From: Eimeria praecox
Taxonomy: Eukaryota
Direction: 5' to 3'
DNA: 64,000 bases
Assembly: GCA_963920595.1 (NCBI GenBank)
Contig: OY986949.1
Location: 3,596,001 to 3,660,000 of the forward strand
The first letter of the stretch is position 1, and every line of letters begins with the position of its first letter. This document shows positions 23,401 to 37,100 of this stretch, piece by piece. The translations under genes and the position numbers were made by a program. The notes beneath the pieces were generated by a model. That model did no database searches and had not been told where the DNA came from. It was given only the letters and a program-made list of their open reading frames with translations.

Positions 23401-26400
23401 CGTGCGCACTGCAACACAACCAGCACCTGCCAAGCCTCTCTCTCTTTGCGCAGCAGCCGCCTGCCCTGCCAACTCCACAACACCCACTTGCTGCGGTGGC
23501 TGAAAACCAACAACAACGTAAGCCAGCGACCCTGATAAGGGCACGACTCGCTCCAAACCAACAGCCATAATCTATTCCCAAAACCACCAGCAGGTCACTA
23601 TCTACCATGCATATGCCCCAGATTGGCTCACGCTTCACACATTCACGTCTTGCGGTTCCATCTAGCAACTACTAATTCAAGCCTATGGAACGCCTCACAC
23701 CAAAACAGCTTTGCCTATCCTCCGAACAAGACACGCAAACACCACTGGCAGCGTCATTCCATGCACAACGCCCTCACATGCCATGCATCTGCCCCAGGTT
23801 GCCGCACTCCAAACCTCTCTCTCTCTCTGCGCAGCAGCCGCCTGCCCTGCCACCTCCACAACACCCACTTGCTGTGGTGGCTGAAAATCAACAACAACGT
23901 AAGCCAGCGACCCCGCTAAGGGCATACCTCTCTCCAAACCAACAGCCATAATATATTCCCCAAACCACCAGCATGCCACTAGCTACCATGCATCTGCCCC
24001 AGATTGTCGCACTCTTCCCACAGACTCACGTCCCGCTCTTCCATCGACCAACCACTAATTTACGCCTAAGGAACGCCCCACACAAAAACAGCTTTGCCTA
24101 TCCTCCGAACGAAACACACAAACACCCGTGGCAGCGTCCGTATAAGCACTAACCCCTAACGTGCGCACTGCAACACAACCAGCACCTGCCAAACCTCTCT
24201 CTCTTTGCGCAGCAGCCGCCTGCTCTGCCAACTCCACAACACCCACTTGCTGCGGTGGCTGAAAACCAACAACAACGTAAGCCAGCGACCCTGATGAGGG
24301 CACGACTCGCTCCAAACCAACAGCCATAATCTATTCCCAAAACCACCAGCAGGTCACTATCTACCATGCATATGCCCCAGATTGGCTCACGCTTCACACA
24401 TTCACGTCTTGCGGTTCCATCTAGCAACTACTAATTCAAGCCTATGGAACGCCTCACACCAAAACAGCTTTGCCTATCCTCCGAACAAGACACGCAAACA
24501 CCACTGGCAGCGTCATTCCATGCACAACGCCCTCACATGCCATGCATCTGCCCCAGGTTGCCGCACTCCAAACCTCTCTCTCTCTCTGCGCAGCAGCCGC
24601 CTGCCCTCCCACCTCCACAACACCCACTTGCTGCGGTGGCTGAAAACCAACAACAAAGTAAGCCAGCGACCCCGCTAAGGGCATACCTCTCTCCAAACCA
24701 ACAGCCATAATATATTCCCCAAACCACCAGCATGCCACTAGCTACCATGCATCTGCCCCAGATTGTCGCACTCTTCCCACAGACTCACGTCCCGCTCTTC
24801 CATCGACCAACCACTAATTTACGCCTAAGGAACGCCCCACACAAAAACAGCTTTGCCTATCCTCCGAACGAAACACACAAACACCCGTGGCAGCGTCCGT
24901 ATAAGCACTAACCCCTAACGTGCGCACTGCAACACAACCAGCACCTGCCAAACCTCTCTCTCTTTGCGCAGCAGCCGCCTGCTCTGCCAACTCCACAACA
25001 CCCACTTGCTGCGGTGGCTGAAAACCAACAACAACGTAAGCCAGCGACCCTGATGAGGGCACGACTCGCTCCAAACCAACAGCCATAATCTATTCCCAAA
25101 ACCACCAGCAGGTCACTATCTACCATGCATATGCCCCAGATTGGCTCACGCTTCACACATTCACGTCTTGCGGTTCCATCTAGCAACTACTAATTCAAGC
25201 CTATGGAACGCCTCACACCAAAACAGCTTTGCCTATCCTCCGAACCAGACACGCAAACACCACTGGCAGCGTCATTCCATGCACAACGCCCTCACATGCC
25301 ATGCATCTGCCCCAGATTGCCGCACTCCAAACCTCTCTCTCTCTCTGCGCAGCAGCCGCCTGCCCTGCCACCTCCACAACACCCACTTGCTGCGGTGGCT
25401 GAAAATCAACAACAACGTAAGCCAGCGACCCTGCTAAGGGCATGCCTCTCTCCAAACCAACAGCCATAATCTATTCCCAAAACCACCAGCAGGTCACTAT
25501 CTGCCATGCATCTGCCCCAGATTGCCGCACTCCCCACACATTCAAGCCCTGCGCTTCCATTGGCCTCCTAGTAATTTACGCCTGTGGAACGCCCCACACC
25601 AAAACAGCTTTGCCTATCCTCCGAACAAAACACGCAAACACCACTGGTAGCCTCATTCCATGCACAACGCCCTCACGCGCACAATGCAACACAACCAGCA
25701 CCCGCCAAACCTCCCTGCGCAGGAGCCGCCTACCAAGCCACCTCCGCAACACCCACTTGCTGTGGTCTCTGAAAATCAACAACAACGTAAGCCAGCGACC
25801 CTGCTAAGGGCAAGCTTTCATCCAAATCAATAGCCATAATCTATTCCCCAAACCACCAGCATGCCACTATCTACCATGCATCTGCCCCAGGTTGCCGCAC
25901 TCTTCACAAATTCACGTCCTGCGCTTCCATCGACCACTTACTAATCTATGCCTATGGAACGCCCCACACAAAAACAGCTTTGTCTATCCTCCGAACAAAA
26001 CACACAAACACCTGTGGCAGCGTCCATCCATGCACAACAGCCTGATCCGCATACTGTAACACAACCAGCACCTGCCAAACCTCTCTCTCTCTCTCCGCAG
26101 GAGCCGCCTGGCCTGCCACCTCCACAACACCCACTTGCTGCGGTGGCTGAAGACCAACAACAAAGTAAGCCAACGAGCCTGCTAAGGGAAACCCTCGCTC
26201 CAAACCAACAGCCATAATCCATTCCCAAAACCACCAGCACGTAGCTGTCTACCATGCATCTGCCCCAGATTGTCGCACTCTTCCCACAGACTCACATCCC
26301 TGCTTCCATCGACCACCAAATAATTTACGCCTATGGAACGCCCCACACAAAAACAGCTTTGTCTATCCTCCGAACAAAATACACAAACACCTGTGGCAGC

Positions 26401-29400
26401 GTCCGTCCATGCACAACAACCTGATGCCCACACTCCAACACAACCAGCACCTGCCAAACCTCTCTCTCTCTTTCCGCAGGAGCCGCCTGGCCTGCCACCT
26501 CCACCTCTACAACACCCACTTGCTGCGGTGGCTGAAAACCAACAACAACGTAAGCCAGCGACCCTGCTAAGGGCAAGCTTCTATCCAAACCAACAGCCAT
26601 AATCTATTCCCCAAACCACCAGCAGGTCACTATCTACCAGGCATATGCCCCACATTGCCGCACTGTTCGCACATTCAAGTCCTGCGCTTCCATCGACCAC
26701 CAAATAATTTACGCCTATGGAACGCCCCACACCAAAACAGCTTTGTCTATCCTCCAAACAAAACACACAAACACAACTGCCAGCATCCGTCCATGCACAA
26801 CGCTCTCACGCGCACAATGCAACACCAACAGCACCTGCCAAACCTCTCTCTCTCTGCGCAGGAGCCGCCTACCAAGCCACCTGCACAACACCCACTTGCT
26901 GCGGTGGCTGAAAACCAACAACAAAGTAAGCCAGCGACCCTGATAAGGGCATACCTCTCTCCAAACCAACAGCCATAATATATTCCCAAAAATACCAGCA
27001 GGTCACTATCTACCATGCATCTCCGCCACATTGCCGCACTCCCCACACATTCAAGTCCTGCGCCTCCATCGACCTCCTACTAATTTACGCCTATGGAACG
27101 CCCCACACCAAAACAGCTTTGTCTATCCTCCAAACAAAACACACAAACACCCGTGGCAGCGTCCGCATAGACACAAACCCCTAACGTGCGCACTGCAACA
27201 CAACCAGCACCTGCCAAACCTCTCTCTCTTTGCGCAGCAGCCGCCTGCTCTGCCAACTCCACAACACCCACTTGCTGCGGTGGCTGAAAACCAACAACAA
27301 AGTAAGCCAGCGACCCTGATAAGGGCATACCTCTCTCCAAACCAACAGCCATAATCTATTCCCAAAACCACCAGCACGCCACTATCTACCATGCATATGC
27401 CCCAGATTGCCGCACTCCCCACATATTCAAGCCCTGCGCTTCCATTGGCCTCCTACTAATTTACGCCTATGGAACGGCCCACACCAAAACAGCTTTGCCT
27501 ATACTCCAAACAAAAAACACAAACACCCGTGGCAGCGTCCGCATAGACACAAACCCCTGACGCGCACAATGCAACACCAACAGCACCTGCCAAACCTCTC
27601 TCTCTGCGCAGGAGCCGCCTAACCTGCCACCTCCACAACACCCACTTGCTGCGGTGGCTGAAAACCAACAACAAATAAGCCAGCGACCCTGATAAGGGCA
27701 TACCTCTCTCCAAACCAACAGCCATAATATATTCCCCAAACCACCAGCAGGTCACTATCTACCATGCATATGCCCCACATTGCCGCACTCTCCACCCATT
27801 CAAGCCCTGCGCTTCCATCGACCTCCTACTAATTTACGCCTATGGAACGCCCCACACCAAAACAGCTTTGTCTATCCTCCGAACAAAACACACAAACACC
27901 CGTGGCAGCGTCCGCATAGACACAAACTCCTAACGCCCGCGCTGCAACACAACCAGCACCTGCCAAACCTCTCTCTCTTTGCGCAGCAGCCGCCTGCCCT
28001 GCCATCTCCACAACACCCACTTGCTGCGGTGGCTGAAAACCAACAACAACGTAAGCCAGCGACGCCCCTAAGGGCGAGCTTCCCTCCAAACCAACAGCCA
28101 TAATCTATTCCCAAAAATACCAGCAGGTCACTATCTACCATGCATCTCCGCCACATTGCCGCACTCCCCACACATTCAAGTCCTGCGCTTCCATCGACCT
28201 CCTACTAATTTAGGCCTATGGAACGCCCCACACCAAAACGGCTTTGTCTATCCTCCAAACAAAACACACAAACACCCGTGGCAGCGTCCGCATAGACACA
28301 AACCCCTAACGTGCGCACTGCAACACAACCAGCACCTGCCAAACCTCTCTCTCTTTGCGCAGCAGCCGCCTGCCTTGCCACCTCCACAACACCCACCTGC
28401 TGCGGTTGCTGAAAACCAACAACAGCGTAAGCCAGCGAACCTTCTAAGGGGACGACTCGCTCCAAATCAACAGCCATAATCTATTCCCAAAACCACCAGC
28501 ATGCCACTATCTATCAAGCATCTCCCCCACATTGGCGCACTCTCCACACATTCAAGTCCTGCGCTTCCATTGGCCTCCTACTAATTTAGGCCTATGGAAC
28601 GCCCCACACCAAAACAGCTTTGCCTATCCTCCAAACAAAACACACAAACACCCGTGGCAGCGTCCGCATAGACACAAACCCCTGACGCGCACAATGCAAC
28701 ACCAACAGCACCTGCCAAACCTCTCTCTCTCTGCGCAGGAGCCGCCTAACCTGCCACCTCCACAACACCCACTTGCTGTGGTGGCTGAAAACCAACAACA
28801 ACGTAAGCCAGCGACGCCCCTAAGGCCAAGCTTCCATCCAAACCAACAGCCATAATATATTCCCAAAAATACCAGCAGGTCACTATCTACCATGCATCTC
28901 CGCCACATTGCCGCACTCCCCACACATTCAAGTCCTGCGCCTCCATCGACCTCCTACTAATTTACGCCTATGGAACGCCCCACACCAAAACAGCTTTGCC
29001 TATCCTCCGAACAAAACACACAAACACCCGTGGCAGCGTCCGCATAGACACAAACCCCTAACGTGCGCACTGCAACACAACCAGCACCTGCCAAACCTCT
29101 CTCTCTTTGCGCAGCAGCCGCCTGCCCTCCCACCTCCACAACACCCACTTGCTGCGGTGGCTGAAAACCAACAACAAAGTAAGCCAGCGACCCCGCTAAG
29201 GGCATACCTCTCTCCAAACCAACAGCCATAATATATTCCCCAAACCACCAGCATGCCACTAGCTACCATGCATCTGCCCCAGATTGTCGCACTCTTCCCA
29301 CAGACTCACGTCCCGCTCTTCCATCGACCAACCACTAATTTACGCCTAAGGAACGCCCCACACAAAAACAGCTTTGCCTATCCTCCGAACGAAACACACA

Positions 29401-32400
29401 AACACCCGTGGCAGCGTCCGTATAAGCACTAACCCCTAACGTGCGCACTGCAACACAACCAGCACCTGCCAAACCTCTCTCTCTTTGCGCAGCAGCCGCC
29501 TGCTCTGCCAACTCCACAACACCCACTTGCTGCGGTGGCTGAAAACCAACAACAACGTAAGCCAGCGACCCTGATGAGGGCACGACTCGCTCCAAACCAA
29601 CAGCCATAATCTATTCCCAAAACCACCAGCAGGTCACTATCTACCATGCATATGCCCCAGATTGGCTCACGCTTCACACATTCACGTCTTGCGGTTCCAT
29701 CTAGCAACTACTAATTCAAGCCTATGGAACGCCCCACACCAAAACAGCTTTGCCTATCCTCCGAACCAGACACGCAAACACCACTGGCAGCGTCATTCCA
29801 TGCACAACGCCCTCACATGCCATCCATCTGCCCCAGATTGCCGCACTCCGAACCTCTCTCTCTCTTTGCGCAGCAGCCGCCTGCCCTGCCACCTCCACAA
29901 CACCCACTTGCTGTGCTGGCTGAAAATCAACAACAACGTAAGCCAGCGACCCTGCTAAGGGCATGCCTCTCTCCAAACCAACAGCCATAATCTATTCCCA
30001 AAACCACCAGCAGGTCACTATCTGCCATGCATATGCCCCAGATTGCCGCACTCCCCACACATTCAAGTCCTGCGCTTCCATCGACCACCAAATAATTTAC
30101 GCCTATGGAACGCCCCACACCAAAACAGCTTTGTCTATCCTCCAAACAAAACACACAAACACCCGTGGCAGCGTCCGTATAGGCACTAAGCCCTAACGTG
30201 CGCACTGCAACACAACCAGCACCTGCCAAGCCTCTCTCTCTTTGCGCAGCAGCCGCCTGCCCTGCCAACTCCACAACACCCACTTGCTGCGGTGGCTGAA
30301 AACCAACAACAACGTAAGCCAGCGACCCTGATAAGGGCACGACTCGCTCCAAACCAACAGCCATAATCTATTCCCAAAACCACCAGCAGGTCACTATCTA
30401 CCATGCATATGCCCCAGATTGGCTCACGCTTCACACATTCACGTCTTGCGGTTCCATCTAGCAACTACTAATTCAAGCCTATGGAACGCCTCACACCAAA
30501 ACAGCTTTGCCTATCCTCCGAACAAGACACGCAAACACCACTGGCAGCGTCATTCCATGCACAACGCCCTCACATGCCATGCATCTGCCCCAGGTTGCCG
30601 CACTCCAAACCTCTCTCTCTCTCTGCGCAGCAGCCGCCTGCCCTGCCACCTCCACAACACCCACTTGCTGTGGTGGCTGAAAATCAACAACAACGTAAGC
30701 CAGCGACCCCGCTAAGGGCATACCTCTCTCCAAACCAACAGCCATAATATATTCCCCAAACCACCAGCATGCCACTAGCTACCATGCATCTGCCCCAGAT
30801 TGTCGCACTCTTCCCACAGACTCACGTCCCGCTCTTCCATCGACCAACCACTAATTTACGCCTAAGGAACGCCCCACACAAAAACAGCTTTGCCTATCCT
30901 CCGAACGAAACACACAAACACCCGTGGCAGCGTCCGTATAAGCACTAACCCCTAACGTGCGCACTGCAACACAACCAGCACCTGCCAAACCTCTCTCTCT
31001 TTGCGCAGCAGCCGCCTGCTCTGCCAACTCCACAACACCCACTTGCTGCGGTGGCTGAAAACCAACAACAACGTAAGCCAGCGACCCTGATGAGGGCACG
31101 ACTCGCTCCAAACCAACAGCCATAATCTATTCCCAAAACCACCAGCAGGTCACTATCTACCATGCATATGCCCCAGATTGGCTCACGCTTCACACATTCA
31201 CGTCTTGCGGTTCCATCTAGCAACTACTAATTCAAGCCTATGGAACGCCTCACACCAAAACAGCTTTGCCTATCCTCCGAACAAGACACGCAAACACCAC
31301 TGGCAGCGTCATTCCATGCACAACGCCCTCACATGCCATGCATCTGCCCCAGGTTGCCGCACTCCAAACCTCTCTCTCTCTCTGCGCAGCAGCCGCCTGC
31401 CCTCCCACCTCCACAACACCCACTTGCTGCGGTGGCTGAAAACCAACAACAAAGTAAGCCAGCGACCCCGCTAAGGGCATACCTCTCTCCAAACCAACAG
31501 CCATAATATATTCCCCAAACCACCAGCATGCCACTAGCTACCATGCATCTGCCCCAGATTGTCGCACTCTTCCCACAGACTCACGTCCCGCTCTTCCATC
31601 GACCAACCACTAATTTACGCCTAAGGAACGCCCCACACAAAAACAGCTTTGCCTATCCTCCGAACGAAACACACAAACACCCGTGGCAGCGTCCGTATAA
31701 GCACTAACCCCTAACGTGCGCACTGCAACACAACCAGCACCTGCCAAACCTCTCTCTCTTTGCGCAGCAGCCGCCTGCTCTGCCAACTCCACAACACCCA
31801 CTTGCTGCGGTGGCTGAAAACCAACAACAACGTAAGCCAGCGACCCTGATGAGGGCACGACTCGCTCCAAACCAACAGCCATAATCTATTCCCAAAACCA
31901 CCAGCAGGTCACTATCTACCATGCATATGCCCCAGATTGGCTCACGCTTCACACATTCACGTCTTGCGGTTCCATCTAGCAACTACTAATTCAAGCCTAT
32001 GGAACGCCTCACACCAAAACAGCTTTGCCTATCCTCCGAACCAGACACGCAAACACCACTGGCAGCGTCATTCCATGCACAACGCCCTCACATGCCATGC
32101 ATCTGCCCCAGATTGCCGCACTCCAAACCTCTCTCTCTCTCTGCGCAGCAGCCGCCTGCCCTGCCACCTCCACAACACCCACTTGCTGCGGTGGCTGAAA
32201 ATCAACAACAACGTAAGCCAGCGACCCTGCTAAGGGCATGCCTCTCTCCAAACCAACAGCCATAATCTATTCCCAAAACCACCAGCAGGTCACTATCTGC
32301 CATGCATCTGCCCCAGATTGCCGCACTCCCCACACATTCAAGCCCTGCGCTTCCATTGGCCTCCTAGTAATTTACGCCTGTGGAACGCCCCACACCAAAA

Positions 32401-34096
32401 CAGCTTTGCCTATCCTCCGAACAAAACACGCAAACACCACTGGTAGCCTCATTCCATGCACAACGCCCTCACGCGCACAATGCAACACAACCAGCACCCG
32501 CCAAACCTCCCTGCGCAGGAGCCGCCTACCAAGCCACCTCCGCAACACCCACTTGCTGTGGTCTCTGAAAATCAACAACAACGTAAGCCAGCGACCCTGC
32601 TAAGGGCAAGCTTTCATCCAAATCAATAGCCATAATCTATTCCCCAAACCACCAGCATGCCACTATCTACCATGCATCTGCCCCAGGTTGCCGCACTCTT
32701 CACAAATTCACGTCCTGCGCTTCCATCGACCACTTACTAATCTATGCCTATGGAACGCCCCACACAAAAACAGCTTTGTCTATCCTCCGAACAAAACACA
32801 CAAACACCTGTGGCAGCGTCCATCCATGCACAACAGCCTGATCCGCATACTGTAACACAACCAGCACCTGCCAAACCTCTCTCTCTCTCTCCGCAGGAGC
32901 CGCCTGGCCTGCCACCTCCACAACACCCACTTGCTGCGGTGGCTGAAGACCAACAACAAAGTAAGCCAACGAGCCTGCTAAGGGAAACCCTCGCTCCAAA
33001 CCAACAGCCATAATCCATTCCCAAAACCACCAGCACGTAGCTGTCTACCATGCATCTGCCCCAGATTGTCGCACTCTTCCCACAGACTCACATCCCTGCT
33101 TCCATCGACCACCAAATAATTTACGCCTATGGAACGCCCCACACAAAAACAGCTTTGTCTATCCTCCGAACAAAATACACAAACACCTGTGGCAGCGTCC
33201 GTCCATGCACAACAACCTGATGCCCACACTCCAACACAACCAGCACCTGCCAAACCTCTCTCTCTCTTTCCGCAGGAGCCGCCTGGCCTGCCACCTCCAC
33301 CTCTACAACACCCACTTGCTGCGGTGGCTGAAAACCAACAACAACGTAAGCCAGCGACCCTGCTAAGGGCAAGCTTCTATCCAAACCAACAGCCATAATC
33401 TATTCCCCAAACCACCAGCAGGTCACTATCTACCAGGCATATGCCCCACATTGCCGCACTGTTCGCACATTCAAGTCCTGCGCTTCCATCGACCACCAAA
33501 TAATTTACGCCTATGGAACGCCCCACACCAAAACAGCTTTGTCTATCCTCCAAACAAAACACACAAACACAACTGCCAGCATCCGTCCATGCACAACGCT
33601 CTCACGCGCACAATGCAACACCAACAGCACCTGCCAAACCTCTCTCTCTCTGCGCAGGAGCCGCCTACCAAGCCACCTGCACAACACCCACTTGCTGCGG
33701 TGGCTGAAAACCAACAACAAAGTAAGCCAGCGACCCTGATAAGGGCATACCTCTCTCCAAACCAACAGCCATAATATATTCCCAAAAATACCAGCAGGTC
33801 ACTATCTACCATGCATCTCCGCCACATTGCCGCACTCCCCACACATTCAAGTCCTGCGCCTCCATCGACCTCCTACTAATTTACGCCTATGGAACGCCCC
33901 ACACCAAAACAGCTTTGTCTATCCTCCAAACAAAACACACAAACACCCGTGGCAGCGTCCGCATAGACACAAACCCCTAACGTGCGCACTGCAACACAAC
34001 CAGCACCTGCCAAACCTCTCTCTCTTTGCGCAGCAGCCGCCTGCTCTGCCAACTCCACAACACCCACTTGCTGCGGTGGCTGAAAACCAACAACAA
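20461..34096. repeat. Tandem duplication of a 6,796-bp (18-monomer) block
   Basis: ORFs recur with identical translation at +6796 (20611/27407, 22866/29662, 25948/32744, 26743/33539). Identity runs 20461-27300 versus 27257-34096. Confidence 0.95.
22436..25469. repeat. ~759-bp dimeric higher-order repeat (378+381), 4 copies; duplicated at 29232-32265
   Basis: Unit ends at 22435, 23194, 23951, 24710 and 25469 (spacings 759, 757, 759, 759), with alternating monomer types. Confidence 0.9.
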
Positions 34097-34150
34097 CGTA
34101 AGCCAGCGACCCTGCTAAGGGAACGACTCGCTCCAAACCAACAGCCATAA

Positions 34151-37100
34151 TCTATTCCCAAAACCACCAGCAGGCCACTATCTACCATGCATATGCCCCA
34201 GATTGGCTCACGCTTCACACATTCACGTCTTGCGGTTCCATCTAGCAACTACTAATTCAAGCCTATGGAACGCCCCACACCAAAACAGCTTTGCCTATCC
34301 TCCGAACCAGACACGCAAACACCACTGGCAGCGTCATTCCATGCACAACGCCCTCACATGCCATGCATCTGCCCCAGATTGCCGCACTCCAAACCTCTCT
34401 CTCTCTTTGCGCAGCAGCCGCCTGCCCTGCCACCTCCACAACACCCACTTGCTGTGGTGGCTGAAAATCGACAACAACGTAAGCCAGCGACCCTGCTAAG
34501 GGCATGCCTCTCTCCAAACCAACAGCCATAATCTATTCCCAAAACCACCAGCAGGTCACTATCTGCCATGCATCTGCCCCAGATTGCCGCACTCCCCACA
34601 CATTCAAGCCCTGCGCTTCCATTGGCCTCCTACTGATTTACGCCTGTGGAACGCCCCACACCAAAACAGCTTTGCCTATCCTCCGAACAAAACACGCAAA
34701 CACCCCTGGTAGCCTCATTCCATGCACAACGCCCTCACGCGCACAATGCAACACAACCAGCACCCGCCAAACCTCCCTGCGCAGGAGCCGCCTACCAAGC
34801 CACCTCCGCAACACCCACTTGCTGTGGTCTCTGAAAATCAACAACAACGTAAGCCAGCGACCCTGATAAGGGAACGACTCGCTCCAAACCAACAGCCATA
34901 ATCTATTCCCAAAACCACCAGCAGGTCACTATCTACCATGCATATGCCCCAGATTGGCTCAGGCTTCACACATTCACGTCTTGCGGTTCCATCTAGCAAC
35001 TACTAATTCAAGCCTATGGAACGCCTCACACCAAAACAGCTTTGCCTATCCTCCGAACAAAACACACACACACCTGTGGCAGCGTCCGTCCATGCACAAC
35101 AACCTGATGCCCACACTCCAACACAACCAGCACCTGCCAAACCTCTCTCTCTTTGCGCAGCAGCCGCCTGCCCTGCCACCCCCACAACACCCACTTGCTG
35201 CGGTGGCTGAAAACCAACAACAACGTAAGCCAGCGACCCTGATAAGGGCACGACTCGCTCCAAACCAACAGCCATAATCTATTCCCAAAACCACCAGCAG
35301 GTCACTATCTACCATGCATATGCCCCAGATTGGCTCACGCTTCACACATTCACGTCTTGCGGTTCCATCTAGCAACTACTAATTCAAGCCTATGGAACGC
35401 CCCACACCAAAACAGCTTTGCCTATCCTCCGAACCAGACACGCAAACACCACTGGCAGCGTCATTCCATGCACAACGCCCTCACATGCCATCCATCTGCC
35501 CCAGATTGCCGCACTCCGAACCTCTCTCTCTCTTTGCGCAGCAGCCGCCTGCCCTGCCACCTCCACAACACCCACTTGCTGTGCTGGCTGAAAATCAACA
35601 ACAACGTAAGCCAGCGACCCTGCTAAGGGCATGCCTCTCTCCAAACCAACAGCCATAATCTATTCCCAAAACCACCAGCAGGTCACTATCTGCCATGCAT
35701 ATGCCCCAGATTGCCGCACTCCCCACACATTCAAGTCCTGCGCTTCCATCGACCACCAAATAATTTACGCCTATGGAACGCCCCACACCAAAACAGCTTT
35801 GTCTATCCTCCAAACAAAACACACAAACACCCGTGGCAGCGTCCGTATAGGCACTAAGCCCTAACGTGCGCACTGCAACACAACCAGCACCTGCCAAGCC
35901 TCTCTCTCTTTGCGCAGCAGCCGCCTGCCCTGCCAACTCCACAACACCCACTTGCTGCGGTGGCTGAAAACCAACAACAACGTAAGCCAGCGACCCTGAT
36001 AAGGGCACGACTCGCTCCAAACCAACAGCCATAATCTATTCCCAAAACCACCAGCAGGTCACTATCTACCATGCATATGCCCCAGATTGGCTCACGCTTC
36101 ACACATTCACGTCTTGCGGTTCCATCTAGCAACTACTAATTCAAGCCTATGGAACGCCTCACACCAAAACAGCTTTGCCTATCCTCCGAACAAGACACGC
36201 AAACACCACTGGCAGCGTCATTCCATGCACAACGCCCTCACATGCCATGCATCTGCCCCAGGTTGCCGCACTCCAAACCTCTCTCTCTCTCTGCGCAGCA
36301 GCCGCCTGCCCTGCCACCTCCACAACACCCACTTGCTGTGGTGGCTGAAAATCAACAACAACGTAAGCCAGCGACCCTGATAAGGGCATGCCTCTCTCCA
36401 AACCAACAGCCATAATCTATTCCCAAAACCACCAGCAGGTCACTATCTACCATGCATATGCCCCAGATTGCCGCACTCCCCACACATTCAAGCCCTGCGC
36501 TTCCATTGGCCTCCTACTAATTTACGCCTGTGGAACGCCCCACACCAAAACAGCTTTGCCTATCCTCCGAACAAAACACGCAAACACCACTGGTAGCCTC
36601 ATTCCATGCACAACGCCCTCACGCGCACAATGCAACACAACCAGCACCCGCCAAACCTCCCTGCGCAGGAGCCGCCTACCAAGCCACCTCCGCAACACCC
36701 ACTTGCTGTGGTCTCTGAAAATCAACAACAACGTAAGCCAGCGACCCTGCTAAGGGCAAGCTTCCATCCAAACCAACAGCCATAATCTATTCCCCAAACC
36801 ACCAGCAGGTCACTATCTACCATGCATATGCCCCACATTGCCGCACTGTTCGCACATTCAAGTCCTGCGCTTATATCGACCACCAAATAATTTACGCCTA
36901 TGGAACGCCCCACACCAAAACAGCTTTGTCTATCCTCCAAACAAAACACACAAACACCACTGGCAGCATCCGTCCATGCACAACGCCCTCACGCGCACGC
37001 TGTAACACAACCAGCACCTGCCAAACCTCTCTCTCTCTGCGCAGGAGCCGCCTACCAAGCCACCTCCACAACACCCACTTGCTGCGGTGGCTGAAAACCA

